Of a stretch of DNA of 64,000 nucleotides, positions 1-12,993 are shown piece by piece (the first letter of the stretch is position 1; every line of letters begins with the position of its first letter). Position numbers and translations under genes: made by a program. A model generated the notes under the pieces. The model saw nothing but the letters and a program-made list of their open reading frames with translations. It searched no databases and was not told the DNA's origin. Origin of the DNA: Octopus vulgaris (taxonomy: Eukaryota); contig OX597822.1 in NCBI GenBank assembly GCA_951406725.2, positions 36,890,001 through 36,954,000 on the forward strand, written 5' to 3'.

Positions 1-679
1 TTTTGGGCAAGTGTCTTTTATGGCTCTGAGCAGACCAAAAGCGTGTGACTGAATTTTATAGACAGAAACTGAAAAGTAGCTTGTAAAATGTGTGTTTGTG
101 TGTGTGAGAGAGAAAGAGAGAGTGTGTGTAAACAAACTTCATCCCCATTGTACAAACAGTGATGTTTGTTTGCAGACTTTTTTCAAAAACATTTCCAGAC
201 TAGGGAAAAATATTACTTTGCTTGGAGAAAAGTGGAGGTTGGCCAATATAAGAGCCTCCAGCTGCAAGTAATTCTGCCTCAGTAAATCTCACCTGACTCA
301 TTCAAGCATGAAAAAGAAGACATTAAAATAATGATAATGATGACACACGCACACAAACACACACATCATGCTTCTTTCAGCATTCATCAAACCAGGGCTG
401 TAGTTGGAAAAGTGTTTCTCTGAAACTTTTCATATAATGTCTGAGAAAATAGTTCTAATTGAATTCATTTCTACTGTTAACAACACACCCATAAAAGTAT
501 GATGGTACTTTAAAGTTGTTTGATAATGATTACTATTAACTTGTGATTTATTCATTTGCAAAAAGAATGCTGTATGCTCTCATTCACACAAACCTATTTC
601 TTATTCATGAATTATTTTTTACCAATAGGTTTAATCCGATTATAATGAGTATTTAGAGTAACAGTTATGAAAGGAAGTG

Positions 680-946
680 TGAGAGAAGTAAGTTTGTCTT
701 GTATATCTTTTTCTTGTTTCGGTCATTAGACTACGGTCATGCTGGAGCGCTGCCTTGAATAGTTTTTTTGTCAAACAAATCAACCCCAGTACTTTTAATC
801 TTAAGCCTGGCACTAATTCTATTGTTCTCTTTTGCTGAACTGTTAAGTTACAGGGATGTAAACACACCAGCACCAGTTGTCAAGTGGTGGTAGAGGACAG
901 CCACAAAGATGCACACACACACACATATGAAGAAGCTCATCATATA

Positions 947-979
<33 letters not shown>

Positions 980-980
980 G

Positions 981-1017
<37 letters not shown>

Positions 1018-1036
1018 ATATATATGTATATATATA

Positions 1037-1071
<35 letters not shown>

Positions 1072-1105
1072 GGTTAGGAAGCAAGCTTCTTACCACACAG
1101 CCACA
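680..1105 (-). mobile_element. tRNA-derived SINE (CORE-like family), interrupted by (TA)n/(TG)n
   Basis: Same head (gtggctgtgtggtaagaagcttgct) and tail (gctccagcatg...gaaacaag) as the 28513 copy. Confidence 0.75.
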
Positions 1106-1554
1106 TATAAATTATAAAAACGTCTTGTCCAGATAGAAATGGTAGTGGCTTAACAGTTTAGTTGTGTGTCATTGATAGTTATGAAAATGACAGACTGAAA
1201 ATATTTATCAAATTACCAATTCATTAATTATTAACTGTGATTTCACATTTTGCTCTTGTTGTTTGAGCAAGACATTTAAATTTATATTCCTAACCAAATT
1301 GGGAAATAAGTATCTGTGACTTTTCTGAAGTTTACTTTCCAACATCTGCAAAATTCCTCAAAAAGCAGAATGGCATTTAAAAATAAATCTTTTAAATACT
1401 TCCTGATTGACCATAGGTTCATATATAAATGAAAACATGGCATCAAATCAGACTGAAATTTCTTCCTTGCCATTCCAATATCAAACTAAAATTCCCTTTT
1501 TACTCATTTTTCAAGCAATTGGTATAAACTGAGTAGTCTGGGAGAAATTATAAA

Positions 1555-1810
1555 GGCTAGGGGTACTGCCCCTCCCTACTGACAATAAACTAGTGAGTAT
1601 AAACCTTGACAATGTGATCAAGGTGGGTAAATTTGTGAAGGTGATGGTTACTGCTCCTCTCTACTGACTAAACCAAATATAAACCCTAACAATGTGACCA
1701 ACGTGAGCAAATCTGTGAAGGCCACGATTACTGCCCCTCCCTACTGACTAAACCCTAATACTCTGACCATTGTGGTTAGATCTGTGAGGGCCATGGGTAC
1801 TGTCCCTCTC
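1555..1810. repeat. Degenerate minisatellite, about 3.3 copies of a 70-85 bp unit
   Basis: Recurring tactgcccctccctactgactaaacc...acaatgtgacc...tgtgaaggcc. Confidence 0.8.
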
Positions 1811-2149
1811 TTCACACTAAATCATAAAAGAAAAATATGTCACTAAACCATCCTTATCTAAAACTTGATATCACTTCCACTTCAAGATAAAGTAGGAAAT
1901 CGATGGAGTCAGTTAATCATGGGAAGACAGATAACCCAGATATTGAGGTGGGAGAACAACAGTCATGTAAATATGAGTCATAAGGATACCTCTGAAGATA
2001 TTTTGTTGTTTAGCCCCTGTTCAGCTCTGTTCTCAGACATAATGTATATACATTATCTAATGTGTCCTTTGTTGTTGTTGTTTAGCTTCAGAAAAGCCCT
2101 GATCTGCTAGACATAGTGCATCTAGGGTTTCATTATCTTTGTTGTTGTT

Positions 2150-2532
2150 AAGGCGGCAAGCTGGCAGAATCATTAGCACACCGGACAAAATGCTCAATGG
2201 TATTTTGTCTGCTGTTACGTTCTAAGTTCAAATTCTGCCGAGGTCAGCTTTGCCTTTCATCCTTTCGGGGTCGATTAAATAAGTACCAGTTACACACTGG
2301 GGTTGATATAATCGACTTAATCTGTTTGTCCTCTCTGTGTTTAGCCCCTTGTGGGTAGTAAAGAAATAGGTATTTTGTCTGCCTTTACGTTCTGAGTTCA
2401 AATTCCGCCAAGGTTAACTTTGCCTTTCATTCTTTTGGGGTCGATAAATTAAGTACCAGTTACATACTGGGATCAATCTAATCAACTGCCCCCTACCTCC
2501 AAATTTCTGGCCTTGTACCTATAATAGAAAGG
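2150..2532 (+). mobile_element. tRNA-derived SINE with a duplicated central core and 18-bp TSD
   Basis: Head ggcggcaagctggcagaa; core gcctttcatcctttcggggtcga present twice; TSD attatctttgttgttgtt at 2132-2149 and 2533-2550. Confidence 0.9.
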
Positions 2533-2710
2533 ATTATCTTTGTTGTTGTTGTTGTTGTTGTATCTGTTTAGCCCAAGGCCAGCTTCAATCCGGCAGACTT
2601 ACAATCAAAGTTGTTTAGTTATGACCACCCCTTTTTTGTATCTCTATGACTGCATTCTCCTTTTCATTTCTGTAAGATACTTGCCCGGGTAAAACTCTGG
2701 GAATGTGGAC

Positions 2711-3232
2711 CATTGTTATGGGAAGAAAGGTTCTCGTTGAAGATGAAAGGAAGGGTCTACAGGAACTGCATGAGAGCTGCAATGCTGTATGAGAGTGAGA
2801 CATGGTGTCTGAGGGAGAGAGAGATGGCAATTTTGAGAAGGACCAAGAGAGCTATGGTGAGAGAAATGTATGGAGTGAAGCTGTTTGATAAAAGAAGGAC
2901 TGAGGACCTGATGGAGATGTTGGGGTTGGGGGAATCAATGGAATGGCTGGCAAGGGTGAATGGAGTGTGGTGGTATGGGCATGTGTTGAGGAGCATGTTC
3001 TGAGGAGGGTGCTTGAGGTAAATGGACCGAAAAAGCAAGGTAGACTGAGGAAATGTGGAGGGGACAGGTGGAGGAGGAGTATGGGAGGGTTGGCTTGAGA
3101 TGGGAGGATGCGCAAAACAGGGCAATATGGCGAGATGGTGTGAGGGTGGTTGCTATGGCATTGAGGTAGATCCAGCTACCCCTGTTAACGGGGACAAAAC
3201 CCAGATTTAAAACACTGGATGATGATGATGAT
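2711..3232 (+). mobile_element. RTE-clade LINE 3' fragment with (GAT)n tail
   Basis: KGRVYRNCMRAAMLYESETW...WYGHVLR is the typical RTE C-terminus; has stop codons. Confidence 0.9.
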
Positions 3233-3357
3233 TAAGGTGTGATTTGAGGGAGATCTGACTGCTATTTCAAGCAGTATGAGTGTTCCTCTAAAGAACACAC
3301 AATATAGAAAGGAAATTTGTACTTGGTAAATTTGTACCTCTGTTTGTTGTGATACAG

Positions 3358-3534
3358 TTTTATCTGAGAACCTTACATAGCAGTGTCCAAGTGTTTTTTG
3401 AATATCGTCTCACCTACTCCATACAGGTTTTACAGAAAGACATCGAAGACCTGAGACCCTTTGCACTCCAGTCTATTGGAGTATCAGGTCTTAACTTGGA
3501 GAAAAGTGGTTGGAAGATGTTTGGCACTGCATAA
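3358..3534 (+). CDS. Possible terminal exon of an unidentified plus-strand gene (FYLRTLHSSVQVFFEYRL...SGWKMFGTA*)
   Basis: Unique sequence, tgtttgttgtgatacag acceptor, 58 open codons, ATTAAA at 3785. No firm homology recognised. Confidence 0.25.
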   Translation, partial: FYLRTLHSSVQVFFEYRLTYSIQVLQKDIEDLRPFALQSIGVSGLNLEKSGWKMFGTA

Positions 3535-3822
3535 ATGATACCTAGTTCAGGTCTTTCATATTTTTCACTGCTAAAATTTGGTGCCAGATCCTGTAAGATC
3601 TTACAGCAGTAAATTACTGTGAATTCTATGCTGAATACTCCTGGCAGCAAATGTTTTTCACTATCAATCACTCTGAACCAGCTCAGCTAATAACTGAAAA
3701 CATATGCTCTGTCATGTCTCTTCATTTTACTTTTACTAAACCCATGCCTTTAAAATACTCAAGTAGTTTACCTGCAACAGTATGATTAAATCCTTCAAAG
3801 ACATTAACAATTCACACAAAAA

Positions 3823-4104
3823 TCAAATGGAAATTGTAGTTGTGATACCCGTGTCTGTGGCACATAAAAAACACCATCCGAACGTGGCCGAAGCCAGTGT
3901 CACTTTGACCGGTTTCTGTGCCAGTGGCACATAAAAAGCACCCACTACACTCTTGGAGTGGTTGGCGTTAGGAAGGGCATCCAGCTGTAGAAACACTGCC
4001 AGATCATATTGGAGCCTGATGCAGCCTCCTGGCTTCCCAGACCCCAGTTGAACCGTCCAACCCATGCTAGCATGGAAAACAGACGTTAAACGATGATGAT
4101 GATG
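3823..4104 (+). mobile_element. RTE 3'-tail element (truncated LINE or tail-sharing SINE)
   Basis: ggaagggcatccagctgtagaaac...tccaacccatgctagcatggaaaac...(GAT)n, matching the 3' end of the 26455 LINE. Confidence 0.85.
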
Positions 4105-5115
4105 AATCTCTCATAAACATACAACATTAAATTCAAATTACATTGAAAGTAAACAAACAAATGAAGTTTGCTTTAGAAGCGTTGGGATGTCTTAGAAAGT
4201 TAAAGAAGTAATTATATATTCTCAAACGCAGGATAATACTAATAATATAGCCTGAACAGGATAAGCTACCCCTACAAATATTGCCTTTTAATAGCCATAA
4301 TCAATTAGTGAACATACACAAGACATGCATTGGACTACTGCTCACACATACAGGACTGCATTGCTGATACCCACGCAGATACACAAGGATACAACTAAAG
4401 GAAAGACATCCAACGTTTTGCTAAATATTCACTTATCAACACATTTAACTATTTCCTCACGAAAATACCATTTCCACTCTCTCTCTCTCTGGCACTTCTA
4501 CCACTCTTACAAAGTTGCAATTACTTCCACCTCCTGTCAACTAGCTATCTGCATGTCATCATCCTCACTTAGATCCATTCATCCTTCCTGTCTCTCCTCC
4601 TTTCATCAACTCTGCTGTATTTCACCTCAAAGATCCCACACTAAAAATTTGACCCAGTATATTCTATTGCAACCCTTTGGAATTTCTTTCCAACTATATT
4701 TTTCAAGAAGACATGGACTTACAAGTTGAACATCAACCACATTAATCTTACAAATATTGTACTGTAACCTACAAAGACCATGAGCACTGCCACTTCTACT
4801 TAGAGTAATATATATATATATATATATATATATCAACTATAACCAAGGATAAAATTTATAAGGGACTTACTTTATCAAGTAGCTAGAATGTAAAAACCAA
4901 CTTAGGTAAAACTTAATAGAGTATTTAATTTTATAAATATGATGATGATGATGATGATGATAATTATAAAATTATAAAATATAATTATAAAAATTATAAA
5001 ACTATAAATGTTATTTATAATTTATTATTATAATTTTATAATTATATTTATAAAAGTAAATATTTTGTGTGTGTGTGTGTATGCATATATATATATATAT
5101 ATATATACATATATC

Positions 5116-6328
5116 ATGGGTTGGACGGTTTGACTGAGGACTGGTGAGCCAGAGGCTGCACCAGGCTCAATTTGGTCTGGCAAAGTTTCTACAGCTTGAC
5201 ACCCTTCCTTATCCTAACCACTCCGAGAGTGTAGTGGGTACTTTTTACATGCCACCGAAAAGAAGGCCAGTCAGTCAGTTCTGGCAACGATCATGCTCAA
5301 AAAGTGTTTTCACTTGCTACCTGCACGAGAGCCAGTGCGGCGGCACTGGCAATGACCATGCTTGAATGTTGTTTTTCACATGCCACCGGCACATGTACTG
5401 GTAAGGTGACGCTGGCAATGATTATGCTTGAATGGTGCTTTTCGTGTGTCACCAGCACAGGAACCAATCTGTAGCCCTGGCAATGATCACAGTCGGATAT
5501 GCTTTTAATGTTCCACTGGCATGAGTGCCAATCAGGTGGTACTGTCATCAGCCACATCAGCAATTTTGGTTTGTTTACACTTGCCTCAATAGGTCTTCGC
5601 AAGCAAAGTTCATTGTCCAATGAATGAGAGGTACTCATAAGTGGGCCGGTTACACCCCACATTCAGATGTGCTTTTAGAGTTCCACTGGCATGAGTGGCA
5701 ATTAGGCGGTACAGTCGTTGGCCACGTCAGCAATTTTCATTTTAATTTCACTTATCTCAATAGGTCTTCACAAGCAAGGTTTATTGTCCAATGACTGAGG
5801 GGTATTCACAAATGGACTGGTTACAACCACTGGCATAGGCCATGGGCTATGGTCTCACTTGGCTTGTCGGGTCTTCTCAAGCACAGCATATCTCCAAAGG
5901 TCCTGATCACTAGTCATTGCCTCAGTAAGGCCCAATGTTTGAAGGACTATAACGAATAAGAAGGGGCTGAGAATAGATCCTTGGTGGACCCCTACCCCTA
6001 CTCTGAATTCTTCACTGTACTCATTGCCAACTCTCACCTTACTGACAGCATCCCTGTACATGGCTTTCACAGCTCTCACCAGTTTCCTCATTGACCACCA
6101 GATAAGGGATCCGGGGACCCTGCCAAAGGCTTTCTCCATGTCAACGAAAGCCAGGTACAGAGGTTTATCTTTGGCTAGGTATTTCTCCTGCAGCTGTCTT
6201 ACCAGAAATATAGCATCAGTGGTGCTTTTCCCTGCCACAAACCCAAAGTGCATCTCAACTAAACTGACTCTCTCCCTAATTAGTTGGGCTATGACCCTCT
6301 CCATGACCTTCATTACTTGATACCCCTG

Positions 6329-6334
<6 letters not shown>
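5116..6334 (-). mobile_element. Internally deleted RTE LINE (RT N-terminal half joined to ORF C-terminus and 3' UTR)
   Basis: RT motifs FGFVAGKSTTDAIF, FVDMEKAF, GVHQGSILSP joined directly to [25 protein letters not shown]. Confidence 0.92.
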
Positions 6335-6381
<47 letters not shown>

Positions 6382-6971
6382 CTATACTGCCATAGTTAAC
6401 CAGCTCTTACTCTTCCCTCACACTCTTATAACTGCCTCCCTGCTCCCATCTCTTGCTTCTTGAGGGTTTTGCTCTGGTAATCCATCACTATCATCTTACT
6501 TTTTCCCAGATACTCTTACCCACCCTTATATAAATACAGGGCAACCCTCAATCTTCTCTATAGCATAAAATCAGGCATAAAATCCTGGAATAAAATCTTT
6601 TCTCAAATACTCTCTAAACCACTTAGTGAGGAGAACTTTTCCCTTTCACCCCACCACCCTTCCTTTTCCTTTTTCCTTATTCTTTTTTATTTTGCAAGTA
6701 ACAGCTGGTAGCACAAAAAAAAAAGCGCTCAGTACACACAACAAGCTGCTTGGTATTAGGAAAGGCATCAAGGCATAGGAACCATGCCAAGCTGATATGG
6801 AGCATGATATAGCCCTGTGGCTCACCAGATCCTGTCAAACTGTCCAACCTATGCTAGCACAGAAAACAGACATTAAATGATAATACCTATGCTAATGCTG
6901 ATAATAATGATGTTGTTATATTTACAAAATCAATGAAAACAAGACAAGATAGTTATTTAAATGTTTAAGTT

Positions 6972-7117
6972 TTAAACAATAGTTGAGGAGTCCCAGCAAT
7001 AATGATGCTGACTATCTATTTGGCTAATCATCTTCATCTCTTCATCATCGAGTTCAAACGAAAAGATATCTGCATTTTCTGATATGTGTTGCATGTTTGT
7101 AGATTTTGGTAAAACTC
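6972..7117 (-). CDS. AKR exon 8 ([23 protein letters not shown]...[11 protein letters not shown])
   Basis: tgtag| acceptor, TAA at 6974-6972. Confidence 0.95.
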
Positions 7118-7222
7118 CTACAAAAGATGAGAAACAGAATCAGAACAGCAGTTGAGTAAAATTAGTACACTTACAATTGTGTGTGTGCATGCACATGCAT
7201 ATGTGTGTACACAAGCATGCAT

Positions 7223-7254
<32 letters not shown>

Positions 7255-9532
7255 TAATATAGGACACTGATGGAAACTGCAAATGCATATAAAATTTTTT
7301 ATATAGTAGACAGGTTTTAGAAAATATCCCTCTAGTACCAGAGGTATGACAAAATGTATTGAATCTATGCTGTAAAGGGATTCAAGATAGGAAGGGCATC
7401 CAACATTAAAAAGCAAGACACCTGTTCCTGTCCCTCTTTTATACTTTGGCCTCACACCTAACACAAAGCAACTACTCTCAATACCACATTTCTACTCTGT
7501 CAAAGAATCTTCATTTGCTAGTCACCTGGTGACCTCACTAATGCTGGTGCCATAAAAAGTACCCAGTACATTCCGTAAAAGACATCCAGCCATAGAAATT
7601 TTCTAATGCAGACATTGGAGATCAATGTAGCCCTCAGTCTAGTCAAATCCTGACAAGCCATCAAACCCATACCAGCATGGTATGGGTTTAATAGATGCTG
7701 ATTATGATACAGTAGTGAGGCCTAGATTCAAAACCATGTAGGTTTTGTAACTAGGATCAGACATCAAATCAGGCAACTTGCCCTGAATACTAACCAATCA
7801 TCTTGCAGCAATATCACCCCATATTATCAAAAATTCTATATTTCTGCACAAATGAGGGTTATAAAAGCAGAGACGTGGGTGATCACACCAGAGAGAGAGA
7901 GAGAGAAACACACACACACAGGTGGACACATACAAGTCCTTAAGAAGACAGATTCCTTGGTTGCTGCTCAACTTCGAGCTAAAGGAATCATTGTCTATGA
8001 AGAGCAGAGTATTTTCCCACCTCTCACAAGAAGCCATTCTTTATTATTAATTCAACAAGAAATGCAATTTACTACTGACAATACAGCCCTGACAAGTAGC
8101 TGTATAATCATGTAAATATTTGAAATGTATAAATAAATGTTTATCAAACACAGTTTGGAATTGATTTTAATATGGGACAGCAAGCAGCCTAAACATCATA
8201 CCAATTAATCAAGTCCCATCTAGCCAGTCCAACAATACTGTATTTGAATTACACTGGACTTACAAATATTGTTATCATTAATGCTAAGGTGGCAAGTTGG
8301 CAGAGTCATTAGCACACCAAGGAAAAACCTTAGCAACATTCAAATTCTGCTGAAGTTAACTTTGCCTTTCATCCTTCCAGGGTTGATAAAATAAGTAGCA
8401 GTTGGGCATTGGGGGGTGGATGATGTTATCGACTTACTCCTCCCAACCCCAGAAATTGCTGGCCTTGTACCAAAATTTGAAACCATTATTATTATTATTA
8501 TTATTATTATTATGAAGGTGGAGAACTGGCAGAATCGTTAGCATGCTGGGCAAAATGCTTAGCAACACTTCATCCCATCTTTTACATTCTGAGTTCAAAT
8601 TCCTCTGAGATTCACTTTGCCTTTCATCCTTTCGGGGTCGATTAAATAAATACCAGTGAAACACTGGGGTTCAATGTAATTGATGACTTCCCTCCCCACA
8701 AATTTCAGGCTTTGTGTTTTTAGTAGAAAGGATTATTATTTATTATCCACTTCTTTCAATTTTGTTTCCATTTCTTGCCAAGTGTCTTCCTGACATCTAG
8801 GGCAAAGAAACTCACTGTATACATTGGTAGGCCATTAAAATAAACACACCAGATTGTTCCTTTACAAAGTCATGAGACAGAAAAAAAGGGGAAGAAAGAA
8901 AGAAAAGGAAAGAAGAAAGATTCTTTAAAACAGGGGGAAAAAGGGAAAAAAGAAATCAAAGAAAATAATGGGGAAAAAAGGAAAGAAAATTCACAATAAC
9001 AATGCTATTCTCAGTACATGTGACATACCAGTTAAAACAATCTTTTGCACTTCTTGAATAGATGATAAGCCAGGAATCATCCTAAAATAATTTCAGTTCC
9101 TTTTTTTATCATTCCAAGTGCTCCTACAATCACTGGTATTGTAACAACCTTGAGATACCACATTTTCTTTTTTCAATCAGTGAATCTTTATATTTTCCCG
9201 AGTTTATCAAATTTTTTTGCTGAGATATTATGACCACAAGGTATGCTCATGTCAATCAATAAACAGATATTGTTGTTGTTGTTATATAAACGATACGTAC
9301 CAATTCCCTGTTGTATCGCCCATCTGAGTAATATCTGGGCAACTGGCCTTTGATGCTTCTTACTAATTTCTTTTATAACTGCATCATTCAGAAGCTACAA
9401 TCACAAAAAGGATTTCTTTATTTGCCACATGAACATTCAGAAAGAAACCATTACAAAGAAAACTAAACACAAATGCATAGATACATGACAAAACACAGTA
9501 ATACATACATACACTTACAATACACACACACT

Positions 9533-9563
<31 letters not shown>

Positions 9564-9910
9564 ACACACTCACACACACTCTCTCTCACACACACACACA
9601 CACATCATCATCATCATCAGCTGTTCTTTTAACATCCATTTTTCAATGTTTGCACAGGTCAGTTAGAATTCATTAAGACAGATTTTTTTTATTGTATGAT
9701 GCTCTTCTTGTTACCAACTCTTACTTGTGTCTATGACTAGACATGTTTCCATGTTTCCATAGAAGATTAAAAACAAATGACATCGCTTGTATGGTGGTGA
9801 CACTCATTTACAGCTGACATGATATCAAGCAAAGAAGCACAAGAAGCAGACAGACAGACAGATGAACAAGCAAACGAACAAACACGCGAATGAACGCATG
9901 CATGAACGGA

Positions 9911-9950
<40 letters not shown>

Positions 9951-12949
9951 AACACACACATATATACATACATACACACATACACACACTAGCAATGCAT
10001 CCCGGCATTGCCAGGGTGTTATGACCTACAACCGCATTGTATTATTTGTTCCTTTCTTATGGCCAGAATCGGTACAGCTGATATATAGTGAACTGGATTA
10101 CTGGCATAATGGAAGTTATTGTTTATTTAAAAGTGAAAGTAGGAAGGGTACAATTTGCATGGGTTTGCATGAAAGTGCTTTCTGTTCTTAAGAAGGATCA
10201 CAAACTATGTATTGCTTCATTGTATAAAAGGGGGTTAATATGATTTTGCCCATTTTCAAAATTTTTATTTTCCCCCATCCCCACTGCAATTTCTTAATTT
10301 GTAATTTTTTCGAATTTTTTTTTTTTTATCCATGTAGAAAAATACAGAGATTATGAATCTGGCAAATATATATTTTATTTAAAGTTTAAGCTTTCTTAAA
10401 GAAACACTCACTGCCCCTTACTCCACCACATCCACCCATCACCTACCCGCTTTGAAAAAGCTTAAAACCTCCCAATGTTTCACTTTTTTCTGGAGTGGCT
10501 GTGTGGTAAGTAGCTTGCTTACCAACCACATAGTTCCGGGTTCAGTCCCACTCGGTGGCTCCTTGGGCAAGTGTCTTCTACTATAGCCTCGGGCTGAACC
10601 GAAGTCTTGTGAGTGGATTTGGTAGACGAAAACTGAAAGAATCCCGTCGTATATATGTGTGTGCGTGTATGTAGTCCAACCCATGCTAGCATGGAAAGCG
10701 GATGTTAAACGATGATGATGACATAGATGATAAGCAGCTTTTTTTATTATAGTACAGATGGGTGCCTGACTGGCACCTATGCCGGTTGCATGTAAGAAGC
10801 ACCATTTAAGCATGGCCAATGCCAGTGCCACCTGACTGGCACCCATGCTGGTGACATATAAAAAGCAGAATTCAAGCGTGGCTGATGCCAATGCCGCCTG
10901 ATTGGCTCCTGTGTCAGTGACACATAAAAACATCCACTACACTCTCAGAGTGGCTGGCATTAAGAAGAGCGTCCAGCTGTAGAAACCTTGCCAAATCAGA
11001 CTGGCACCTGGTGCAGCCTCCCAGCCTGCCAGTTCTCAATCAAACTGTCCATCCCATTCCAGCAGAGAAAGCACACATTAAATGATGACGACGACGACGC
11101 TGATGATGATGTGGCTAATTCAGAAAAATATTACTTTCATTATTCACACATCATCACTGTCGCAATGCAACACTTTCTAATTTTGGTTCAAATTGAAAGT
11201 GTGAAACTATTTTCTCTTTCTAATGATTCTTGTAGAGCTGTGTCTTTCATATAACTATAGCTAGTTGTTGAGATAACATAGAAAATACGTAAATGAAAAT
11301 AAAGTTTATTTGGCAGCCAAAAGATTACTGACTTCTTCAGCAGAACGCTCTCCTAATGCCAACCACTTTAAAGAGTGGTGCAGGGTGTATTTTCAAGGCA
11401 CCAGCTCTAGACTAAAAAACTTAAAGAAGCTTCCACAACCAAAAGAAGAATAGAAGCACAAGTGTGATTATTCTAGACAACCTTAAATAGCCTACAACCT
11501 TCTCTTTCTGATGTATTGTACTTGCTTCTGAACTGAGTAAAGAAATTGATTCATGAAAATCTCTAGATTTACAGAACCAGCCAACCATGCTCAATAGAAA
11601 AAAGTTGTGAATGAATATTTAAAATACACACCTATGTTCTTCCACCATAGCAGTTCATTGTATATGATCCTTGCTCTACTAACCATGGTGTACCATTCAT
11701 TATATATTGCTATTCAAAACACTGCTCTATTTTCGGGTATTTCATTTGTTTCATGTTAATATATGCAATAGTTTGTTTAAATTTGAATAGTCATATAGGT
11801 GTGGCTGTGTGGTAAGAAGTTTGCTTCTCAACCACATGGTTCTGGGTTCAATACCAGTGTGACACTTTGGGCAAATATTTTTTGCTATAACCCCATGCTG
11901 ACCAAAGCTTTGTGAGTGGATTTGGTAAACAGAAACCAAATGAAGTTTGTTGCGTGTATGTGTGTGTGTGTGTATGCATGCATGCATGTATATATACACA
12001 CATGCATTTGTAAATATTGTTAGAGTAAGAAGTGTACAAATAGTGGCTATTATACATATTATACATCAATCTGACCAGTCACTAACAGTGATACCTGGTA
12101 CTAACCAGCAATCAGAGGCAAGCTGAATTATATGCTTGAGGTGCTAAGATTAGGAAACTTACCATATTGTCTTTTGATGCTCCAAGTGAAGAATATGCTT
12201 GATACTGTATGTTATTCTCTTGACAAAACTTCCATACTTCGTGCTGTACCAGATGCGGATGATGTTCAGTCTACAGAGAAAATTAATTATAAGAAATGGT
12301 TAGTTTAAAATGATAGTGGTGGAAGTAGTAATGGCAGTAGTGGTGGTGGTGGTGGTGGTGATAGTAGTAGTTGTGGTACTGGGGTTATTTTAAAACAAAG
12401 AGAAATACTTCTATCTTAAGTTTTTGGGTGAATTTGAGTTTGTTTGTTTTGCATTTTTTTCAAATCACTACATAGAGTAAAGTTTAATGAGAATATTTTA
12501 ATATCTGAATGGAAAGTTTAAAAGGATAAATATTGTCATCAAAACCAGAATATTTTGACAAGATTACTATTGAAATTTATTGTTTTTGTGGATTCTGTTA
12601 TGCTTTGACTGATTTCAAATTTTAGTCTTTGATCATACTAAGGCACCACAGTCAAAGATTTAGGTACCCACATGGCTCCTGTAATTATTTCAATCAAGTA
12701 TTTATTTATCAATGTCCATTTGTTGAATTGTTAAGTTGCAGAACATAAAAAATCATACATATATAACTACACCAGTGAAAATATAAATACTGATGCATAT
12801 GCACATACACATACACACATACATGCATACATGCATATGCATACACATCCTACACACTCACACAGACACACTCATGTTTCTATGCATGTGTGTGTGTGTG
12901 TGCGTGTGTGTGTGTGCACATGTGCATATATATATACATATATACATAC

Positions 12950-12993
<44 letters not shown>

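Noticed and set aside
909-1136. ORFs rich in CV, YI, HT or RAC repeats (also 9767-10191, 12793-13091, 15377-15703, 22470-22781, 38255-38962, 46530-46916)
   Set aside because: They are translations of (TG)n, (TA)n, (CA)n and (GCGT)n microsatellites, not proteins.
1680-1760. Telomeric repeat
   Set aside because: Only isolated aaaccctaa words inside a longer minisatellite unit; no tandem TTAGGG array.
3414-3671. 85-aa minus-strand ORF as an extra AKR exon
   Set aside because: The AKR already ends with TAA at 6972. The ORF has a GTG start, an in-frame stop just upstream and no recognisable homology.
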